Below are positions 37,620-42,491 of a DNA stretch of 42,491 bases, one piece after another; the first letter of the stretch is position 1, and the number at the start of each line of letters is the position of its first letter. Position numbers and translations under genes: made by a program. Location of the stretch: contig JAIDFC010000031.1 of NCBI GenBank assembly GCA_029054535.1, forward strand, positions 1-42,491. Direction: 5' to 3'. The notes beneath the pieces are model-generated. The model saw only the letters and a program-made list of their open reading frames with translations. It was not told the DNA's origin and did not search any database. Source of the DNA: Rikenella sp. GTDB taxonomy: Bacteria; Bacteroidota; Bacteroidia; Bacteroidales; Rikenellaceae.

Positions 37620-38690
37620 GAGGGGTCGGGTCTGCCTGCAACGGCAGCCTCTGCGGATACGGTTGGTCGTTGACGATTCCCTTTGAGGGGGGGTAATACC
37701 CTACTATCTCAGCTGCGACATTTTTCTCGCCCAGTAAACCCGATCGGTGTGCCCAGTCAAAGGCCTCCGGTTCTGGGCCTGCCAGGCCAAAAAGCGATCA
37801 CCGCCACCCCGTTGCGCCTCCTTCGGCCTGTCGCCCATCCCTTTCTCCGAACAAACTCCCGGCTGGAGTGCCCAGCGGCACCGACGAGGCCGGCAACCTT
37901 TCGGGTTGCATTTTTTGAAACACCCCTTCCCGCCGACAACCGCGCCTGCAAGGCGCACGGGACGGCCACCGCCCAACGGCCGGATCCGCAACTTCGTCGG
38001 CGCTCGTTGCTTCCCTTGCTGGCGGCGACCCGTTTTTCAATTCGCCATAAACCACGATCGCAGACCACGCGCCGGACATTTTCCTAAGCGTAATAAACCG
38101 CGACCTCTGGTCGCGCGGGCCGAACGCCTCCCACTCGGGAGGCCCGCAATTATGCCGCTTGCGCGTCAAAGATTGCGGCCGCTCCCGGGCGTTCGACCCG
38201 GAGCCACTCGAAAATTGGGTTTGCTCAAAAAGGTTCTGCCGTCGCCTACTGAAATCCTCTACGATCTCCCTAGTCGGGCCGAAGCCACCCCCGGCGGAGG
38301 GCCGCGTTCCTCGCTTGCTCGGGCGACCGCTCCGCTGGCTCCGGCCCTTTTTGATTTCAAAACGTCTTTGCCCGCGCGCTGGCGGAAAACGTTCTCTGCT
38401 CGCGCGCCAGGCGATTCATTCGGATTCGGCTTACGCCGAACCGTTGAATCGCCTCCTTTGGCGTGGCGCGCGAAACCTACCAAAAGCGAAACCGTGTCAG
38501 ACGCGCTCAGGCCGCGCTGCCCCGCGTGCCCGCGGCGGGCGGGCAATGCTCCGCATTGCTTGGGCCATCCGGCAGTGAAAGCAATGCCCAAAGAGAAAAC
38601 CCAACAAAAGATGCGGCGTATCGCTATAACAACAGTTTCTGACCGCGCCAAGACTGCAAAAACGAAAAAAACGCCGGAGCGGTAGAAACC
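37620..38690. repeat. Mosaic intergenic repeat region
   Basis: Shares modules with 1-105, 4891-4918, 8252-8378 and 31621-31657 (inverted) and with 35381-35422 and 36121-36150 (direct). Confidence 0.85.
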
Positions 38691-38715
38691 GGTCAAACCG
38701 CCAATCCCTAATATT

Positions 38716-39858
38716 CTACGCCTTGAATTTGCGGAAAGTGGCCACCGCCAGGAAACCCATGACGATCGCAAAGCAAGCGAGCGCGACCCAATGCAGGCCG
38801 AGATCGGCCGCCGTACTCCCCTTGACCAGGATCATTTTGACCGCCGCGATGAGATGGGCTAACGGATTGACGACATTGATCCGTTGCGCCCAGAGGGGCA
38901 TGCTTTCGACCGGCGTAAAGAGTCCGCTCATCAGGACAAGAATCATGATGAGAAAGAAAGCCGGAAAAATCGTTTGCCCCTGCGTTTCGGAGAAGTTGGC
39001 GATGACGAATCCCAAGAAAAGAACCCCCGCCAAATAGAGCGCCACGATACCGTACAGTACGCCGACGCTCCCCAGCAACGGCACCGCATAGACCGTCCGG
39101 GCAATCACCAGTCCGACGGTGAACTGCACGAACCCGATCACAATGAACGGAATCATCTTGGCCAGCATATAGCGCGTTCTGCTCATCGGCGTAACATTGA
39201 GTTGTTCGATCGTACCGTACTCCTTTTCCCGGACGGCGTTGGAGGCCATCATCGAGAGCCCGACCACCGTAAGCAGCATAGCCAGAATCCCCGGCACAAT
39301 GACCGTTTTGTAGTTGAATCTCGGGTTGTACCACTCCTGGACGACCGTTTCGATCCGTACGGGCGGTCTCCCCGTAGTTTCATCGGTCGACGCAGCAGCG
39401 GGCAGCAACCGTTCGGCCACCAGTTCAACCCGGAACTCCCCGGCGATCGAATTGAGATATCCGGCCGCCACCCCTGCGCTAAGACCGTCGATCGCCGAAA
39501 TATGGACCGATATTTCGGGTCCTTGTCCCATGACCCAGTCTCGCTCGAATCGGTCCGGGATTTCGACGATAGCGTCCACCTGCCCCTGTTCGATCATCCG
39601 TTCGGCCTCGGCCCACGAAGCCGCCGCCGCGGTCGTCGAGAAATAGCCTCCGGCCTGAATCTTGGTCAGCAACCGACGGCTGAATGAACTCCCGTCGCGA
39701 TCGATCACCGCCAGGCGGAAGTTTTCGAGGTCGTAGTCGGCAGCCAGCGGCAGCACCAACAGCTGGAAAATCGGGATCAGAATCACCACCCGCAACAGGA
39801 ACTTGTCGCGGAAGATCTGTAGAAACTCTTTTTTGAGCAGTATGGCGAGTTTGCGCAT
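38716..39858 (-). CDS. ABC-2 type transporter permease (YbhR/YbhS-like)
   Basis: LKKEFLQIFRD, WYNP, VREKEYGTIEQLNVTP, AKMIP and MSGLFTPVESMP motifs. Start moved from the ORF-track 40107 to 39858. Confidence 0.92.
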   Translation of the reverse strand: MRKLAILLKKEFLQIFRDKFLLRVVILIPIFQLLVLPLAADYDLENFRLAVIDRDGSSFSRRLLTKIQAGGYFSTTAAAASWAEAERMIEQGQVDAIVEIPDRFERDWVMGQGPEISVHISAIDGLSAGVAAGYLNSIAGEFRVELVAERLLPAAASTDETTGRPPVRIETVVQEWYNPRFNYKTVIVPGILAMLLTVVGLSMMASNAVREKEYGTIEQLNVTPMSRTRYMLAKMIPFIVIGFVQFTVGLVIARTVYAVPLLGSVGVLYGIVALYLAGVLFLGFVIANFSETQGQTIFPAFFLIMILVLMSGLFTPVESMPLWAQRINVVNPLAHLIAAVKMILVKGSTAADLGLHWVALACFAIVMGFLAVATFRKFKA

Positions 39859-39911
39859 CGGAAAAGCCGGTTGAGCGGATTTACACTTTCGGAATAATAA
39901 AGCTCTTCCTA

Positions 39912-39956
39912 CAAAAGTACGCTTTTTTCCGTACCTCGGAAAACATCGTACCTTTG
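39912..39956. promoter_or_regulatory. Divergent pair of Bacteroidota -7 elements
   Basis: TACTTTTG on the minus strand (39912-39919) towards the permease; TACCTTTG on the plus strand (39949-39956) towards the LTA-synthase-like gene. Confidence 0.65.
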
Positions 39957-40023
39957 TCGGTGAAACAACCGAGCGAATAAGATCGAAAAAATTTAAGACA
40001 ACATAACGAAAAACCATACTACG

Positions 40024-40194
40024 TAGCTTCAGGTTCCGCACTTGAAAACTAAGAGACTTCACGGCCGCGGGAACAGAAAGCCACATGCTTGTATTGTATC
40101 TGACCAAGAACCATCAATACGGCATGAGGGCTTCTGTCCGCGGCCGGGTTTCTCTTAGTACCTCAAGTGCAGGCAGTCGTCCCTCATGCTTTTT
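40024..40194 (+). ncRNA. Putative structured cis-regulatory leader RNA (copy 2)
   Basis: Stems at 40038-45/40163-70, 40048-56/40151-59 and 40062-70/40138-46, plus acaga..gcc/ggcttctgt and catgc..gtattg/caatacggcatg. Same internal loop and flanks as copy 1. Confidence 0.7.
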
Positions 40195-40214
40195 CACCAT
40201 CGAAAGCCTCTGAG

Positions 40215-42224
40215 ATGACAACCCATGAACGACTGCGACCCTGGTTGCACAACAGCCCGACCGTCCTGGTGTGGCGGCTGGCGATCGTGTACGTATTGTT
40301 ATTCGTGTTGCGCGCGATTTTCTACCTCGCGAACACCGACACCCTCGGCCCTTTGAGCCGGGGCGAGATCCCGGCCCTCGTGCGCGGCGGGATACTGTTC
40401 GACACCGCCAACATCTGTTACTGTTATTGTCTGTTCGTGGTGCTGTCGTTGCTACCCTTTCGGATTCGAGAGAGGGCGTGGTACCAGCGAATGCTGTTTT
40501 GGATGTGGATCGTCGTAGCCGGCGTGATCGTGTCGATGAACCTGGCCGACACCGTCTACTTCCACTACGCCAAGAAGCGGATCACCGTCGACGAACTGCA
40601 CTTCGCCGACAACGACAACACCGGACATATCCTGTGGCGGGCCGCGGGCGAGAACTGGTACCTGATTTTGGTAGGCGCAGTGCTGGTTTGGGGAGCAGCG
40701 TGGCTCTACCGGCGGGTGAAACCCGCGCCGAGCAGGATCCGCAATCCGTGGGTGTTCGGCGGGGTGTACGGTGCTCTGACCCTCGTGTCCGGGGTGCTGC
40801 TCGTGGGCGGCATGCGAGGCGGGCTGAGCCACGCCATCCGGCCTATCGCGATGAGCCAGGCCGCACAGTTCGCCGCCTCGCCCGCCAAGGCGTCGGCCGT
40901 GCTCAGCAACCCGTTCTGCTTGCTGCGGACGATGAGCAATCGGAAGATCAGCTACGTGAAGTACTTCGCCGACAGCGCGGAGCTGGCCGCACGGTTTTCG
41001 CCCTACCACTACCCTGTTCCCGATAGTTTGCGTCATGCGCGGTTCGGGAGCCAGCACGGGAAGAATATTCTGATTTTCGTCCTGGAGAGCTTCAGCTACG
41101 AACATTCGGCTTACCTCAACCCCGAATTGTACAAAGGCGAGGTCAGCTACACCCCTTTCCTCGACTCCTTAATGCGAGAAGGTTACCTCTTCCGCCGCGG
41201 CTATGCCAACGGGCGGAAGTCGATCGACGCGCTGCCGTCGGTGTTGAGTTCGATTCCGTCGTTCAAAACGCCGTTCGTCATCACGCCCCAGTCGCTGGGC
41301 GAGACCCGAGGCCTGGGACGGCTGTTGGGCGAAGAGGGATACTCGACCTGGTTTTTCAACGGGTCGGAGAATAAATCGATGGGATTCGTGGCCTATGCCA
41401 AGCTGTCCGGGGTGGAGAACGCCCGCACCCGCGAAAACTACGAAGCACGGATGGGGCGGCAGGATTACGACGGCTACTGGGGGATCTGGGACGGTCCTTT
41501 CATGCAATACATGGCCCGCGAACTGGACGAGGCGCCGAAACCGTTCTTCGCGACGATCTTCACCCTCTCGTCCCACCACCCGTTCGTGGTGCCGGAGGAG
41601 TACGAAGCGATCTTGCCCGAGGGACGGACCAAGGTGCAACGACCGGTGGCTTATACGGACCGTTCGTTGCGCGACTTTTTCGACTATGCACGGCGGCAGC
41701 CGTGGTACGACAACACGCTCTTCGTCTTCACGGCCGACCACGTGTCGAGCGAGGTCTACGGCGAGGAGTCGAAGACCCCGACCGGCAATTCGCACATCGT
41801 TTTCTTTATGTACGCCCCCGACGGTTCGCTGCGGGGCGACGATCCGCACACCGCGCAGCAGATCGACCTGATGCCGACCCTGCTGGGGCTGACCGGCTAC
41901 GAAAAACCCTTCTTCGCCTACGGACAGGACATTTTCGAGGTGCGCGCCGACTCGACCCGGGCCGCTACGGAGGGATTCGCGATCAACTACGTGAACGAAG
42001 CGTTCCAGTGGATCACCGACTCGACGGCGATGTTCTTCGACGAACACGACGTAACCCACCTGTTCGACCTGCACCGCGACCCGTTGGAGCAACACAACCT
42101 CATCGAACGAGGCGTGCGTCCCGATCCGGCGCAGGTAGAGCGGCTCAAGGCGCTGCTTCAGACCTACTACGAACACTTGGAACGGAGCGACTTCACGGTT
42201 CGCCCGGAGGCCGAAAAACGATGA
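40215..42224 (+). CDS. LTA synthase/MdoB family phosphoglycerol-transferase-like sulfatase-fold membrane protein
   Basis: About five N-terminal TMs; NILIFVLESF, TPFLDSL, ANGRKSIDALP, TLSSHHPF, TADH and QIDLMPT motifs. Confidence 0.9.
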   Translation: MTTHERLRPWLHNSPTVLVWRLAIVYVLLFVLRAIFYLANTDTLGPLSRGEIPALVRGGILFDTANICYCYCLFVVLSLLPFRIRERAWYQRMLFWMWIVVAGVIVSMNLADTVYFHYAKKRITVDELHFADNDNTGHILWRAAGENWYLILVGAVLVWGAAWLYRRVKPAPSRIRNPWVFGGVYGALTLVSGVLLVGGMRGGLSHAIRPIAMSQAAQFAASPAKASAVLSNPFCLLRTMSNRKISYVKYFADSAELAARFSPYHYPVPDSLRHARFGSQHGKNILIFVLESFSYEHSAYLNPELYKGEVSYTPFLDSLMREGYLFRRGYANGRKSIDALPSVLSSIPSFKTPFVITPQSLGETRGLGRLLGEEGYSTWFFNGSENKSMGFVAYAKLSGVENARTRENYEARMGRQDYDGYWGIWDGPFMQYMARELDEAPKPFFATIFTLSSHHPFVVPEEYEAILPEGRTKVQRPVAYTDRSLRDFFDYARRQPWYDNTLFVFTADHVSSEVYGEESKTPTGNSHIVFFMYAPDGSLRGDDPHTAQQIDLMPTLLGLTGYEKPFFAYGQDIFEVRADSTRAATEGFAINYVNEAFQWITDSTAMFFDEHDVTHLFDLHRDPLEQHNLIERGVRPDPAQVERLKALLQTYYEHLERSDFTVRPEAEKR

Positions 42225-42232
42225 TCCCGGCG

Positions 42233-42278
42233 GGCCGGACGTAACGCAAGCTACGTCCGGCCGTTCTCTCTCTTTTTT
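42233..42278 (+). terminator. Intrinsic terminator
   Basis: Stem ggccggacgta/tacgtccggcc followed by a pyrimidine/T tract. Confidence 0.75.
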
Positions 42279-42291
42279 CATCGGAATATAC

Positions 42292-42299
42292 TACCTTTG
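42292..42299 (+). promoter_or_regulatory. Bacteroidota -7 element (TACCTTTG)
   Basis: Consensus motif 49 nt upstream of ATG 42349. Confidence 0.6.
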
Positions 42300-42348
42300 C
42301 GACAAAATCCGTCGGGCGATCCAGCCCGACGCATCGATTCGCGTCGCC

Positions 42349-42491
42349 ATGAAGATGAACAAAACCGCCGAATACCGTTTTACGATCGTCGTCCCGGTCT
42401 ATAACGAAGAGGACAACATCTACGCTTTGGAGGATAGGTTGAGGGCATACCTGCCCTCAACCTATGCAGGGGGGCAGCCCGCCTGCATAGG
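42349..42491 (+). CDS. Glycosyltransferase family 2 (DPM/ArnC-like), 5' part only, runs off the window
   Basis: Manual translation MKMNKTAEYRFTIVVPVYNEEDNIYALEDRL..., containing the IVVPVYNEE GT2 N-terminal motif. Confidence 0.8.
   Translation, partial: MKMNKTAEYRFTIVVPVYNEEDNIYALEDRLRAYLPSTYAGGQPACI

Noticed and set aside
37747-38685. 312-aa ORF and other Arg/Pro/Ala-rich ORFs in the intergenic mosaics
   Set aside because: They are translations of GC-rich repeat modules. The same DNA appears in different frames and strands elsewhere, with no conserved reading frame.
1-38690. CRISPR array interpretation of the recurring repeats and cassette ends
   Set aside because: There are no regularly spaced identical direct repeats with 30-40 bp spacers. 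Units are about 200 bp, have two different ends and are dispersed, and no cas genes are present.

Overview
High-GC Bacteroidota chromosomal segment. Repeated TAnnTTTG promoter motifs and the gene content suggest Rikenellaceae, but this is an inference. Housekeeping and envelope genes (LolC/E-type permease, DUF4296 lipoprotein, amidohydrolase, pcrA/uvrD, acyltransferase-3, SGNH/sialate O-acetylesterase, GH92, IPT/TIG lipoprotein, beta-barrel OMP, pyrC, orphan histidine kinase, radA, ABC-2 permease, LTA-synthase-like protein, partial GT2) surround a visibly lower-GC, 13-gene, minus-strand Wzx/Wzy polysaccharide locus (9969-23697). Four things stand out. (1) Three dispersed cassettes of about 200 bp lack a credible start codon but keep an open frame. 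They encode hypervariable C-terminal adhesin-like segments (PAPG...SW...QLRCLQE*) between near-invariant DNA ends. Two non-coding elements use the same ends, which suggests a silent-cassette or DGR-related diversification system. (2) A glycyl radical enzyme and its radical-SAM activase are translationally coupled inside the polysaccharide operon, and the enzyme gene carries a G9 tract. (3) Two covarying copies of a long, switch-like structured 5' leader RNA. (4) Intergenic regions of 0.3-1.2 kb built from shuffled palindromic modules whose orientation tracks the neighbouring genes. No tRNA/rRNA, CRISPR array, transposase, recombinase or reverse transcriptase was recognised in the window.
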